A DNA stretch of 64,000 nt from an uncultured Chloroflexia bacterium (GCA_963842455.1 CAWJHE010000009.1:18485-82484), one strand, 5' to 3'. Positions 18,634 through 28,642 are shown, counted from the stretch's first letter. Notes: generated by a model not told the origin, from the letters alone. A program made the numbers and translations.

Positions 18634-19478
18634 AAGAACCAAAAAGCCTTCATACAAATAAATCAGGGACAATCATCAAAGAGAGCCCCTGGATCCGGTA
18701 TATCCTGGTTGGTTTGGTTGTTACCTATGTCGGAATCTTGATTTTTTTTCCAATCGTTGCCCTGGTTGTAGGAGCATTTCAAGAAGGACTTCGAGGCTTT
18801 TTATCCTCACTGAACCAACCCGATGTTTTGAAGTCATTTCAACTAACCCTTTTCATTAGCCTGATCGTTGTCATCGTTCATGTAATCTTTGGTACGTTAA
18901 CAGCCTGGGTTCTTGTAAGGCATAAATTTCCAGGGCGAAATTTTATCAATGGCTTAATTGACCTACCCTTTGCCATTTCTCCTGTTGTTGTGGGTTACAT
19001 GTTACTACTTCTCTTTGGTCGAAATGGCATATTTGCACCCATACTGGAAACTCTAGGGATCAAAGTTGTTTTTGCAGTTCCCGGCATGGTCCTGGCCACG
19101 TTATTTGTGACCCTACCATTCATGATCCGGGAGTTGATACCCGTTCTGGAAAACTTAGGTATCAAGCAAGAGCAAGCAGCGGCCACAATGGGAGCAAATG
19201 GTTGGCAAATCTTTTGGAAAGTAACCTTTCCAGCCTTACGTTGGGGTCTGATTTACGGCATCATGCTAACTTTTGCCAGAGCCTTGGGAGAGTTTGGGGC
19301 TGTTCTAGTGGTAGGTGGTGGTATCCAAGGACGAACTGAAACAGCCACACTTTATATCTATCGGGCTTTGGATGAACGCCAATACACTGGTGCGTACAGT
19401 GCAGCCGTGGTTCTAGGCCTGATATCTTTCTTACTGGTGATTGGAACAGATGTGGCTCGGAAACGACAACAAAAATAA
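18630..19478 (+). CDS. cysW: Sulfate ABC transporter permease CysW
   Basis: LIDLPFAISPVVVGYMLLLLFG, LPFMIRELIPVLENLGIKQEQAAATMGA and FARALGEFGAVLVVGGGIQGRTET are present. It overlaps cysT by 4 nt. Confidence 0.85.
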   Translation: MKEPKSLHTNKSGTIIKESPWIRYILVGLVVTYVGILIFFPIVALVVGAFQEGLRGFLSSLNQPDVLKSFQLTLFISLIVVIVHVIFGTLTAWVLVRHKFPGRNFINGLIDLPFAISPVVVGYMLLLLFGRNGIFAPILETLGIKVVFAVPGMVLATLFVTLPFMIRELIPVLENLGIKQEQAAATMGANGWQIFWKVTFPALRWGLIYGIMLTFARALGEFGAVLVVGGGIQGRTETATLYIYRALDERQYTGAYSAAVVLGLISFLLVIGTDVARKRQQK

Positions 19479-19549
19479 TTGTAGAAGAATTTCCGGTAAA
19501 CCATTCAGTGAATTACACACCCAATACACCGGCTCCGTAAAAATGGTTT

Positions 19550-19581
19550 CCAGGCAGGCTCTCAAGAAGCGGCCTGCCTGG
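19550..19581. terminator. Hairpin between convergent cysW and the DoxX gene
   Basis: CCAGGCAGGC pairs with GCCTGCCTGG across a 12-nt loop, a perfect 10-bp GC-rich stem. On the minus strand it is followed by AAACCAUUUUUACGG. On the plus strand no U-tract follows. Confidence 0.55.
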
Positions 19582-19608
19582 GAAAAAATACCGATTTGAT
19601 GTAATCAA

Positions 19609-20199
19609 TTATTGTTCAGATTTTTTGTCTTCTTCTCCGACAAACAACCTCCCCGGCTGCCAGGGCGAACCCAGCAGGGGTAGCAGCCAACGATCCAGAC
19701 CCCACCACCCGGCAGTTTTCCAGGCTAAAACCAGTAAGACTGCTAATGAAAACAAAACCGGGTTGACACTGGCTGATCCAGCCATCATGAAGTTCCAGTT
19801 CATAAAGCCACCGAAGAAAGCTGCTATCCCGGTAAAAACACCAAGAATTAGAGCCAGTCCAATCAGAACTTCACCTGCCACAACCAATTTCGCGAACCAG
19901 GTATAGCTGCTGCTGTCAAGCAGTATCTGCAAGAACTGACGATACCAATCAAATGCAATCAGCGGCCTTGCAGGAGCTTCTGGGATGGCTACGGCGCGTT
20001 CCCAAAAACCTTTCAAGGCTTCGCCGCTTTGCACCCACGCCGGGTTGCTAAGCTTTCCCCAACCGGAGGTCAGCCAGGAATAGCCCATATATAAACGAAT
20101 GAACAGCCAAAGCCACGCCCAGCGGGTATTGGAAAATAGAGCTTGTGCGATCGGTGGATCAGTTATTGTAATATTTTGATTCCAGGTTTGCGTTGCCAT
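19609..20199 (-). CDS. DoxX-family membrane protein
   Basis: The 196-aa product has four hydrophobic helices, WLWLFIRLYMGYSWLTSGWGKL and LVVAGEVLIGLALILGVFTGIAAFFG, which is the typical DoxX/DoxD pattern. Confidence 0.7.
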   Translation of the reverse strand: MATQTWNQNITITDPPIAQALFSNTRWAWLWLFIRLYMGYSWLTSGWGKLSNPAWVQSGEALKGFWERAVAIPEAPARPLIAFDWYRQFLQILLDSSSYTWFAKLVVAGEVLIGLALILGVFTGIAAFFGGFMNWNFMMAGSASVNPVLFSLAVLLVLAWKTAGWWGLDRWLLPLLGSPWQPGRLFVGEEDKKSEQ

Positions 20200-20422
20200 T
20201 CGATACTCCTTTATTATTTTTTGGACTGGATCGTTACAGATATCACGAGGTATCTTAATGGCAACACCGTTTCCAAGATAGCGTCAAATTGCGCATGAAC
20301 GATAGGCATAATTGCCTATGGCTAGATTACAACATTTGGATACTATGAGCAATTTCCCATATTCTGTCTACCAATGTCCAGGCTCAATGAAAAATCAGCA
20401 CTCAGCATATTGCGTAAATAAC

Positions 20423-21277
20423 CTAGAGTTTTACATTTATGACGTGATCTGTCGAAGGTATTGTCTTTGACAGAATATTAGCAGAATTCGCTTTTTTAAA
20501 GAATAATCGCCTCTCGAGCCAAAATATCAGGAACACAAGAAACCATAGGATGATCAAAGTCAACCACAAAGGACGATAACTGCCTCCATTATCTAACGGT
20601 AGTATAGGAAGCAACCCCACCGTCGCATTGCTGGATGCATGAAACAACAAGGAGATCAACAGGCTGGCTCGTGTACGATTAAAAATCCAGGTGTAAATGA
20701 AAGTCGAACCTAATATTTGCAGCAGAAACCAACTTAGGGGTAATTGTTGGTGAAAGTTCTCGGTCATCCAAAATAAAGGTAAATGCCATAGAGCCCAAAC
20801 CAGTCCCAGGAGCAGGCTGGAGATAAAAGGAGAATAACATTTTTGCAGACGCGGCAAGAGATAAGCTCGCCAGCCAATTTCTTCACCCAGAGCAGTGAAA
20901 ATAAAAATATACGCAAATACAACAATGATCAACGGCCATTGATTAAGAGAAGTAACCATGTGGTTAGGATCGACAAACTGGGGTAAGTCTGCACCCATCA
21001 TTATATGCAAACCCAGCGAAACCAACATAACCAGTGGAGTTCCTAATAAACTGATGAAGTACCAGAATGGTCCTACCCGCCATCCCAGGTAGAATAAACG
21101 TTTTACTCCTGATAAACCATATTGATATGCAGTCAATAGTATGGCAGAAATGGTAGGACCAAAACCAGCCAGCCAGAAGAGGTACTGGTTGGTTTCTCCA
21201 ACAAGAATGGAATAAATCCATACGCTCCATGACAAAAAATAAGCGATTCCAATAAAAAGCAAACTGGCGAAAGTCAT
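20423..21277 (-). CDS. CPBP-family intramembrane glutamic endopeptidase (CAAX protease-like)
   Basis: The conserved motifs are ALGEEIGWRAYLLPRL, LVWALWHLP and FHASSNA, set within a polytopic membrane protein. Confidence 0.8.
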   Translation of the reverse strand: MTFASLLFIGIAYFLSWSVWIYSILVGETNQYLFWLAGFGPTISAILLTAYQYGLSGVKRLFYLGWRVGPFWYFISLLGTPLVMLVSLGLHIMMGADLPQFVDPNHMVTSLNQWPLIIVVFAYIFIFTALGEEIGWRAYLLPRLQKCYSPFISSLLLGLVWALWHLPLFWMTENFHQQLPLSWFLLQILGSTFIYTWIFNRTRASLLISLLFHASSNATVGLLPILPLDNGGSYRPLWLTLIILWFLVFLIFWLERRLFFKKANSANILSKTIPSTDHVINVKL

Positions 21278-21283
21278 GTCGTT

Positions 21284-21718
21284 TCACGCAACCTGAAGCT
21301 TTACCTGGTTAATTTCTCCAACAGGAAGCCAATCATCCATATTGCCATACTGGCTCTTGTCAATCTTAAAAGCCTCCAATGGCTGCACGTTCTCCACTTC
21401 AATCAGCACCAGGAAACGTTTTCCTACCCAGCGTTTCAATTGCGCTTCGGTCAATTGAAGCTTATGCTGATAACACTCGATCAATTTTTCAGATTCCACT
21501 CGCGACAAAGGCTCTGAATTGATGATACTCTTGACCATACCTTGCGCCCGCACCACCCCTTCGGTGTTATTATTGATAAAGAAAAGCATATCCCCCATCC
21601 TCACCCTACCATAAGGCATTTTTCTGCCAGCTGCACCACGCAGGATCATCGTTTTCGTACCAGCCAGCAGGTTTTCCAGTTCTTTTGCCTTTGCATCTAC
21701 ATAGACAACGTGCTCCAT
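21284..21718 (-). CDS. Small PUA/ASCH-like domain protein (hypothetical)
   Basis: The start MEHVVYV is preceded by AAGGAG, and the longer ORF reaching 21814 has no RBS. The pattern TMILRGAAGRKMPYGRVRMGDMLFF is reminiscent of ASCH-fold proteins. The assignment is tentative. Confidence 0.5.
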   Translation of the reverse strand: MEHVVYVDAKAKELENLLAGTKTMILRGAAGRKMPYGRVRMGDMLFFINNNTEGVVRAQGMVKSIINSEPLSRVESEKLIECYQHKLQLTEAQLKRWVGKRFLVLIEVENVQPLEAFKIDKSQYGNMDDWLPVGEINQVKLQVA

Positions 21719-21832
21719 GATTGATCTCCTTATCCTTATTTTTGTGGGTAATTTCATTCGAATGTTTGAATTCCCTATACATTGTTCCGAGTTACAAACT
21801 CCATATTGGCACATCGAATTCTCCTAGGAATT

Positions 21833-22507
21833 TTATTTTATGAGATAAGCCAATAACTGGTCATAACCCTGGCATTGGTAATCCGCAATTCCCTCTTGCT
21901 GCGCCTGCCCAAATAAGCAAGTACATGTACCGGCTGCCCGACCTGCCTGTACATCCATCACACGATCTCCAATCATCAGGGTTTCTTCTGGGGACAGACC
22001 ATAGTCATGCATAGCCGCTTGAACCATTGCCGGGTCTGGTTTGCGAGGGTAACCCTGCTCTACACTGTAAATCGCGCTGAAGAAATGAACCAGGTTATGT
22101 TCTTCCAACAAAATCCGAGATGAGGCAACACCGCGATGTGTCAGAATGATATTTTTGCCACCCGTTTTGCAGATGTGCTCACAAACTACCTGCACACCGG
22201 GGTAAGGCGGCTGATTTGTTGGCGAAATCGTTTTATAGGATTCTTCAAAGCAGTTCCGCAGCACTTCCGGCTCAATTTTGAAGCGCTGGGCGAGTCCTTG
22301 CACACAATGGCTAAGCGACTGGCGTACCAGCCCATCAACAACATTCATGGCGATCGGCAAGCCCATATCTTTGAGCGTTTTATTAAAAGCATAGGTGATA
22401 GCAGGATAGGTATCAAACAGAGTGCCATCCAAATCCCACAGGATATTTTTGATTTTGAAGGGTTGATCAATCGACATCAATGAATTTTCTATTCTATTCG
22501 TTGGCAT
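21833..22507 (-). CDS. HAD-IA family hydrolase (phosphoglycolate phosphatase-like)
   Basis: Motif I is ILWDLDGTLFDT, motif II is ILTHR and motif IV is MIGDRVMDVQAGRAAG. An alternative start lies at 22477. Confidence 0.8.
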   Translation of the reverse strand: MPTNRIENSLMSIDQPFKIKNILWDLDGTLFDTYPAITYAFNKTLKDMGLPIAMNVVDGLVRQSLSHCVQGLAQRFKIEPEVLRNCFEESYKTISPTNQPPYPGVQVVCEHICKTGGKNIILTHRGVASSRILLEEHNLVHFFSAIYSVEQGYPRKPDPAMVQAAMHDYGLSPEETLMIGDRVMDVQAGRAAGTCTCLFGQAQQEGIADYQCQGYDQLLAYLIK

Positions 22508-22536
22508 TGCCTACGATACCATCATGCAACATACTA

Positions 22537-23364
22537 CTAAAATTCTGCCTGTTCAAATTTTACCAATGACACAGCAATAAAAATAATGGTCCATAGTGCA
22601 GTTGATATGATAGGCAGCCAGATCAATCCTACAGGTACAGGTTGGCTGCCGGCCACCAGCGAGGCAGTTTTTGCGAGTATCCAGGGTGAAACATAAAGCA
22701 GAGGCTTGATCAGACCACCCAGCAAACTACCGCCCAGCACCAGGCCAAGAGAGATCCCTAAAACAGGCGCACGGGAGGAGAAAAAAACGCCTAACAACAT
22801 GGTGAGAGCAATGTAAAAGGTCATGTGCAAAATCATGATACCCACTCCGCTTAGAAATGGCAGCACAGGGAATGGACTTCCAAGCCGCAGGAAAAATAGA
22901 CCATAGGTGATGACTGCCGGGATAAGGATCAGAAAAAGGATACAGTAAATCAGGTTGACTAATAGTTTTGAGAGTAAATAAGCTCTACGAGCAACCGGCT
23001 TGCTCAACAGCCATTCAAGCACACCATTGGTTTTTTCCTCGAGCACCAGGTCCTGGCAAAGAACGATGGCGCCTAAAGCGACTGCCATTGTCCCAAATTC
23101 AAATAAAACCGACAGACCAGTCAATAGAACATAGGCTGTTTCACCGCCTGCCCGGGCGATTTCTTCTGGACTACCCAAGCTTATCACGCTGGGAACAAAC
23201 AGCATATTCGCCGCCAGGCCGCCCAACAAGATTGGCCAGATCAAAGCATTGACCCACCATTTTCGGGTGCTCCACCAGGATCGATTCTCTTTGTGAAAGA
23301 GGTTAGAAAAACCGCGCAACTTGCCCCATTCACTGACCCTTTTCAATTCCAGATTAGTGCTCAT
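22537..23364 (-). CDS. ABC-2 type transporter permease
   Basis: Six hydrophobic helices are present. The start MSTNLELK is preceded by AAGGAG and overlaps the stop of the upstream ATPase gene. Confidence 0.7.
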   Translation of the reverse strand: MSTNLELKRVSEWGKLRGFSNLFHKENRSWWSTRKWWVNALIWPILLGGLAANMLFVPSVISLGSPEEIARAGGETAYVLLTGLSVLFEFGTMAVALGAIVLCQDLVLEEKTNGVLEWLLSKPVARRAYLLSKLLVNLIYCILFLILIPAVITYGLFFLRLGSPFPVLPFLSGVGIMILHMTFYIALTMLLGVFFSSRAPVLGISLGLVLGGSLLGGLIKPLLYVSPWILAKTASLVAGSQPVPVGLIWLPIISTALWTIIFIAVSLVKFEQAEF

Positions 23365-24313
23365 CACTTTCTCCTTTAACAATCTCCATGAAAACCTCTT
23401 CCAGTTCGTATTTCTTGCGAGAAAAATCGATTACAACCACTTCCGGGTCAACCAAAACTTCTCGCAGCAGTCCTGATTCAGCTGCATTTTCATCCTCAAC
23501 ACTCACATGCCAGGTTGTTGTGTCCTTTTGCCGGCTGATGCTTGACTGCTTCACCCAAGGTAATGCAGCCAGGCGTTCGCCTACACCAGCAGGATCACCT
23601 CTGACGGTCAGGCTGTAAATAACGCCGTCTTTTCCATTCAGAATTTGACCAATCGGCCCACTGGCAACCACTTGTCCCCGGTTAAGGATGGCAACCGTAT
23701 CGCTGACACGCTGCACATCATCCAAGATATGAGTGGAATAAAAAATGGTTGTGTGTTTTTTCAAACAATTCATGATTTCCAGCACAGATTGCCGGCCGAG
23801 TGGATCCAGGGCAGAAGCTGGTTCATCCAGGATCAGCAGATCAGGATAATTCACCTGCGCCAGGGCAATCCCTAAGCGCTGCTTTTCACCACCTGAAAAT
23901 CCCTTAACCGGACGATCTGCTTTTTCAGCCAAACCAACCAAATTCAACATTTCATCACAACGTTCGGAAATACTTGAATCTGGACCTTGAAAGAAGAATT
24001 TTGCAGCAAAGAAGAGATTTTCACGAGCTGTCATATAGTCAATAAAGCGCGGCTGTTGGGGCAGGTATCCAACTCTTTCACGGATAGCCACACTTTCCTT
24101 GACAATATCCATTCCAAAAATTTTCGCACTGCCAGAAGTTGGCCGGATCAAACCCAGTAATGTTTTCATTAAGGTGGTCTTCCCAGCCCCGTTGGGTCCA
24201 AGAAATCCAAAAATCGAATGACGATACACATCCAAATCTACTCCTTTCAACGCCTGCACGCTCCCAAAGGATTTGCTTAAGGTTCTGGTTTGAATAACCG
24301 CCACATTTTCCAT
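23354..24313 (-). CDS. ABC transporter ATP-binding protein (ABC-2 exporter type)
   Basis: Walker A is GPNGAGKTT, the signature is FSGGEKQRLGIALA and Walker B is LLILDEP. An extra C-terminal domain is present. Confidence 0.9.
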   Translation of the reverse strand: MENVAVIQTRTLSKSFGSVQALKGVDLDVYRHSIFGFLGPNGAGKTTLMKTLLGLIRPTSGSAKIFGMDIVKESVAIRERVGYLPQQPRFIDYMTARENLFFAAKFFFQGPDSSISERCDEMLNLVGLAEKADRPVKGFSGGEKQRLGIALAQVNYPDLLILDEPASALDPLGRQSVLEIMNCLKKHTTIFYSTHILDDVQRVSDTVAILNRGQVVASGPIGQILNGKDGVIYSLTVRGDPAGVGERLAALPWVKQSSISRQKDTTTWHVSVEDENAAESGLLREVLVDPEVVVIDFSRKKYELEEVFMEIVKGESDEH

Positions 24314-24462
24314 GATTCGATTCCCTTCTTATGTCCGAACGACACTTGCCAAATACACCTGTTTGACAGGTCAAAAACCAGGTTTCAAAAATGAGTACCG
24401 TGTAATCTCTGAAAGTGTTTTCACCAACCATACCGTTTCGTAGAACGATCTGTGACAAAACA

Positions 24463-24945
24463 TCAAGGATTGCACACCACTCGATCGATTTTCCACTCGC
24501 CATCAATCTGAACCAGCTCTACGGAGAACTGATGCCCTGGGAAACTATCTGTTACGCCAACCACTGCCCGGTCACCTGACATCTGAGCCGGATGAGTTGT
24601 GATCCCAGCCGGTTTGTCCTGGGCGCAGAGTACAGGGTCAAAGTGCATCTCGCCTTGCGTAAAGTCATCCAGGGAGGCTACAAAACCGGGAGTTAATCGT
24701 TGGTTGGAACGATAAACCTTATCCACCAGCGGGTTCCCGTTGTAATGCAGGTATGCATTGTAAAATTCCTGAACGACAGCCTCAGGATTTGCCACATCGG
24801 ATGCAGTAACTTGTTTGTTCGTGCCGTATATCGTTGGCCAAATCACAAAAGCCAGGGTTGAAAATACGGCTGCAAATATGATTATCAGAATAGCGGCTTG
24901 CTGTTTGTTGATCATCTTATCAATCCTTTCTCTATGGTTGCTCAT
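24463..24945 (-). CDS. Membrane-anchored hypothetical protein (DUF3828-like)
   Basis: An N-terminal TM (AAILIIIFAAVFSTLAFVIW) is followed by VVQEFYNAYLHY...FDPVLCAQDKP, a pattern I associate with DUF3828-type proteins. The assignment is tentative. Confidence 0.5.
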   Translation of the reverse strand: MSNHRERIDKMINKQQAAILIIIFAAVFSTLAFVIWPTIYGTNKQVTASDVANPEAVVQEFYNAYLHYNGNPLVDKVYRSNQRLTPGFVASLDDFTQGEMHFDPVLCAQDKPAGITTHPAQMSGDRAVVGVTDSFPGHQFSVELVQIDGEWKIDRVVCNP

Positions 24946-25025
24946 ATCTTAACAACAAACTCCCCGGGACGCATCAGCGCACCGGGGAGGAAGGCTTCTA
25001 TCCAGGTGAGGAGTTTCTACCCTGG

Positions 25026-25670
25026 TTACTTGACCAGGTTGTTTTGCAAGGCTAGGGCTACAGCTTCTGTGCGGCTGGATGCTCCTAACTTGGAAAGCAC
25101 ACTGCTCACATGGAATTTAGCGGTTGAGACGCTGATCACCAGACGTTTGGCGATCTGGTTGTTGTTAAGACCTTCAACCATCAAAGCCAATACTTCTTTC
25201 TCACGCTCGGTCAGGTCAAAGCCGATATTTTCAGCTGGCATGCGCGTCGCCTGGATCAACGCCTGGGCAGCTTCCGGCGCCAGGGTTGGTTTCCCTGCAT
25301 AGGCGGCCCGGATAGCATTGGCAAGCTCATTAGCGGTGACATCTTTCAACAGGTACCCGATGGCGCCAGCTCTTAGCGCTCCCTGAACCAATTCCTGCTC
25401 TTTGAAACTGGTCAGGACAATCACCTGGATTTCTGGGCAGCGTTCACGCAGCTTGTGAGTTGCCGTCGCCCCATCCATACCGGGCATCACCAAGTCCATC
25501 AATACTACATCGGGTTTTGATTTCTCACACAGGCTAATAGCCTGTTCGCCGCTGGCAGCCTCACCTACCAATTCCATATCGTCACAGGTCATCAGAAAGG
25601 TGGATAATCCGCTGCGTACAACGGCGTGATCATCTACGAGCATCACACGAATTAAATTTGCTTCTGTCAT
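25026..25670 (-). CDS. NarL/LuxR-family response regulator
   Basis: The receiver reads RVMLVDDH...DVVLMDLVMPGMDG...VIVLTSF. The LuxR HTH reads LTEREKEVLALMVEGLNNNQIAKRLVISVSTAKFHVSSVLSKLG. Confidence 0.9.
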   Translation of the reverse strand: MTEANLIRVMLVDDHAVVRSGLSTFLMTCDDMELVGEAASGEQAISLCEKSKPDVVLMDLVMPGMDGATATHKLRERCPEIQVIVLTSFKEQELVQGALRAGAIGYLLKDVTANELANAIRAAYAGKPTLAPEAAQALIQATRMPAENIGFDLTEREKEVLALMVEGLNNNQIAKRLVISVSTAKFHVSSVLSKLGASSRTEAVALALQNNLVK

Positions 25671-28381
25671 GGTTGAATATCCTTCCAGCTTAGATTGATA
25701 CAGGTTCCCTTCTCAGGCGTGCTTTGCACAAGCAAGCGCGCCCCAATAGAATCGGCGCGTTCTTGCATGATTTTCAACCCCATACTTTGTGGAGAGATTT
25801 CCTTTTTGAAAAAGCCTCGACCGTAATCCTGAATCTTGAGGATGACCTGGTTATCCGCTCGCGCTAAGGCCATTTCCACCCTGGCTGCATCAGCATGCTT
25901 GGAGACATTATTCAGCGCTTCCTGGGCAATCCGGTAGAAAACCTCTTTGACATCCGCAGGAAGTTCGATTTGACCATCAACGCTAAGCTCAACCATCAAG
26001 CGATTACGTCCCGTGAAAGCATTTGCCAGGTGACGATACAGGTCGCCAAGGTCCATCTCACTGAGTGTGCCGGGGCGCAGCTCTAGCAGAAGTGTGCGCA
26101 TCTCGGAAAGAGCGCCACGAGTCAGCAAGCGCAATTCGTCCAATTTTTGCCTGCCTGCTTCTGGGTTACGCTCCCACAGCTTGGGCAGCACTTCAGCGAT
26201 CAGGCTAGCTGAGAAAAGGGTTTGTGAGACAGCATCATGCAAATCACGCGCCAGACGGTTGCGCTCGGAGATCGCTGCTATCTCGGCGGTTTGGGTACGC
26301 AACATAGCATTCTCAATAGCCAGCGATACATGCCCTGCCATCACTTCGGCAAGTTGAACATCTTCTGTCTTGAACGCCTTGTTTTGTTTGTAGTAAAAAA
26401 CCAGACCCCCAAAAAGCTCTTCACTCACGATCATCGGAATTCCCAGGTATGCCTTGAAATTTTCCAAAATGTTTTCATACCATAAACGCTGAAAGTCCTG
26501 CAGGTCTGGTTTCTGGAGCAAGTCCCTGAGATACTGGTCAATATCTGAGATCAGAACTGGTTGTCGCTGGAGTAATTCTTGGTTTTTTACACCTGGATAA
26601 AGATCGCCAGTTTTCAAAGCAGCAATTGATTCTGGTAGATTGTGTTGCGATAATTGGTAGATCACACCATCATCAATGCGATATAACATACAAGCCTCAG
26701 CGGACAAAAGCTCACATGATCGTTTGGTCAGAAAATCAAATATCTCCTGGTCTGTTCGCGACGAATTCAGAACAGCCAGAACCTCAACCAGGCTCTCGGC
26801 TACTTTCCGGCGCTGCTCAGCCTCCTGTAGCAGTCGAGCATTCTCAATCGCAACAGCCATCTGTTCTGCAAAAATCATCCCTAATTGAATCTGCTCATCA
26901 GGAAATTCTTGCGGTTCAGAATAATAGAAAACCAATCCGCCATAGGGTTGGTCCTGGATGAACAATGGAACAGAGAAAGAGCCAGCGTACCTAGAGCGCA
27001 GAGCGATACGCTCCTTCTTGATCGCTTCAGGAATGCTATCATCACGGCGGATTTCTTCCAGGCGTTCTGGTAAGGGTGGATAATTATGGTAAGTCGGCTG
27101 CTTCTCCAGGGTCGCCTTTAGATAATCTTCACCCCCGGAGGGCCTTAGTGCACGAAAAGAACGCGTTCTGCCTCCTGGGAATATCCCCTCCATGCCATAC
27201 TGAGCCATCTGGGTGATCAGTTTATTTTCAAGATCAAACTGGTGCAAAGCGCAGCCTGCTGCACCTAATCGCTGAGCTGCTAATTTTATTGCGCGCTCAA
27301 GGAAGATATTCAAAGGCAAATTGGAGTTGATCATGCCAATGATATCCTGCAAGCTTTCTGCTGCTTCTCTGCGCCTCTCTACTTCAGCGGTTCGTTCTTG
27401 CACGCGCCTTTCCAGAGTCTGGTGCACCGAAACTCGTTCAGTAGCATCAATCGATACATTGAGCAACCCAACAATTTTTTCATCTTCGTACAGCGGCGAT
27501 AAAACAATATCCCAAAAGGATTCAATGCCTCCCGATTCAATGCGAACAGCATCCTGGCGAATGGTTTCACCAGAAAAGACCCTCTCAAAAAGAGGGATCA
27601 ATTCATCTTCAGCCCCTGGTTCCAGCTCAAAAATCGCTGCGCCTGGTACCACCTGGAACATTTTCGAAGGGGTATAGCGGTCTATAAAAGCTGCCCAGGT
27701 AGGATTACAGCGCACCAAATTGTAATCTCTGTCGATGACCGCAATCCCCATGGGCATGCGCTCAAAAAGCATTTCTAACAGGTTAATCTGCCGGCCCAGC
27801 TTGGGATCAGGAGAAAAACTAACCACAGATGGACCATCGTATTCTGATGATGGCAAAAGCTCAAATTCGCAAAAATCATCACCCAATGCCTGACAGCGAT
27901 GCTCAACGCATACCACATCTCGCCTGTCACTGATCATGTTGACAAACCCCACCAACACCCCCGCCGTGTAGGCACAAACCGGACTTTCCACTTGCTGAGC
28001 ATGATGGAGCATCATCCAGGCCTCAAAGGTATCTTTAGCATGGATCATTGCGCGCCCAATCGGCCAGGATAGTTCCTCAATGTTGAAATTCCCAAAACCT
28101 GCTATTTGATATGCTTGCAAGCAACTCTGAAAAGCCTCACTTTGATAGGCAATCGTTTCGCCTTTTGCAAACGAAGCAGCGAAAGAAGCGCCGCCATTTG
28201 CCCCTGCCTGCTGCATAACCGAGTTAGTCAATTGTGTCCCAATTAGAGCTTCAATCTGGCGGCGGATGCTCCAAAAACCGGATTCGATATCCATGAATGC
28301 CATACGGGCCTGGCCAAATAAAAGCATTCCAGGCGTTTTTTTAGAAATAAGATTAGTGATTTGCGTATCCATGATTGGCAT
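25667..28381 (-). CDS. Cytoplasmic sensor histidine kinase: V4R-like N-terminal domain, PAS, two GAF domains, HisKA_3, HATPase_c
   Basis: No TM segments are present. The N-terminus ends in the Cys-containing motif CVEHRCQALGDDFCEFELLP, as in V4R/XylR-N domains. The H-box is RLARDLHDAVSQTLFSASL, and the ATPase region includes EALNNVSKHA and QDYGRGF. It overlaps the regulator gene by 4 nt. Confidence 0.8.
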   Translation of the reverse strand: MPIMDTQITNLISKKTPGMLLFGQARMAFMDIESGFWSIRRQIEALIGTQLTNSVMQQAGANGGASFAASFAKGETIAYQSEAFQSCLQAYQIAGFGNFNIEELSWPIGRAMIHAKDTFEAWMMLHHAQQVESPVCAYTAGVLVGFVNMISDRRDVVCVEHRCQALGDDFCEFELLPSSEYDGPSVVSFSPDPKLGRQINLLEMLFERMPMGIAVIDRDYNLVRCNPTWAAFIDRYTPSKMFQVVPGAAIFELEPGAEDELIPLFERVFSGETIRQDAVRIESGGIESFWDIVLSPLYEDEKIVGLLNVSIDATERVSVHQTLERRVQERTAEVERRREAAESLQDIIGMINSNLPLNIFLERAIKLAAQRLGAAGCALHQFDLENKLITQMAQYGMEGIFPGGRTRSFRALRPSGGEDYLKATLEKQPTYHNYPPLPERLEEIRRDDSIPEAIKKERIALRSRYAGSFSVPLFIQDQPYGGLVFYYSEPQEFPDEQIQLGMIFAEQMAVAIENARLLQEAEQRRKVAESLVEVLAVLNSSRTDQEIFDFLTKRSCELLSAEACMLYRIDDGVIYQLSQHNLPESIAALKTGDLYPGVKNQELLQRQPVLISDIDQYLRDLLQKPDLQDFQRLWYENILENFKAYLGIPMIVSEELFGGLVFYYKQNKAFKTEDVQLAEVMAGHVSLAIENAMLRTQTAEIAAISERNRLARDLHDAVSQTLFSASLIAEVLPKLWERNPEAGRQKLDELRLLTRGALSEMRTLLLELRPGTLSEMDLGDLYRHLANAFTGRNRLMVELSVDGQIELPADVKEVFYRIAQEALNNVSKHADAARVEMALARADNQVILKIQDYGRGFFKKEISPQSMGLKIMQERADSIGARLLVQSTPEKGTCINLSWKDIQP

Positions 28382-28585
28382 CTATTATAGCAAACAGGTG
28401 AATAGAAAACCTTCGATTAGATATACATTAAAGAATTTTCACGCATTCACAACGATATGAAGGTCGGTATTATTTCCTGATGCGTATCAAAATGGATAGC
28501 CCCACAACCAGGTGACAACCATCAAAATAAAACTGACTCAACAGGGAAGTAGGTTATCTACCAACCATCTATTTTAACTTCCCTG

Positions 28586-28614
28586 TTGACAGGAACTTAA
28601 AAAAAGAGTAATAA
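28586..28614 (+). promoter_or_regulatory. Candidate sigma70-type promoter for the lipoprotein gene
   Basis: TTGACA (28586-28591) is separated by 17 nt from TAATAA (28609-28614), about 30 nt upstream of ATG 28643. Confidence 0.35.
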
Positions 28615-28642
28615 ATTGTATATTACTTTGCTTGCACACTAT

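Noticed and set aside
20302-20319. Inverted repeat ATAGGCA-TAAT-TGCCTAT upstream of the DoxX gene
   Set aside because: Several 7-bp stems are expected by chance in 64 kb, and there is no supporting context.
24078-24506. A 142-aa minus-strand ORF spanning the 5' end of the ABC ATPase gene
   Set aside because: It is out of frame with, and overlaps, the well-supported ABC ATPase gene. The translation has no features.
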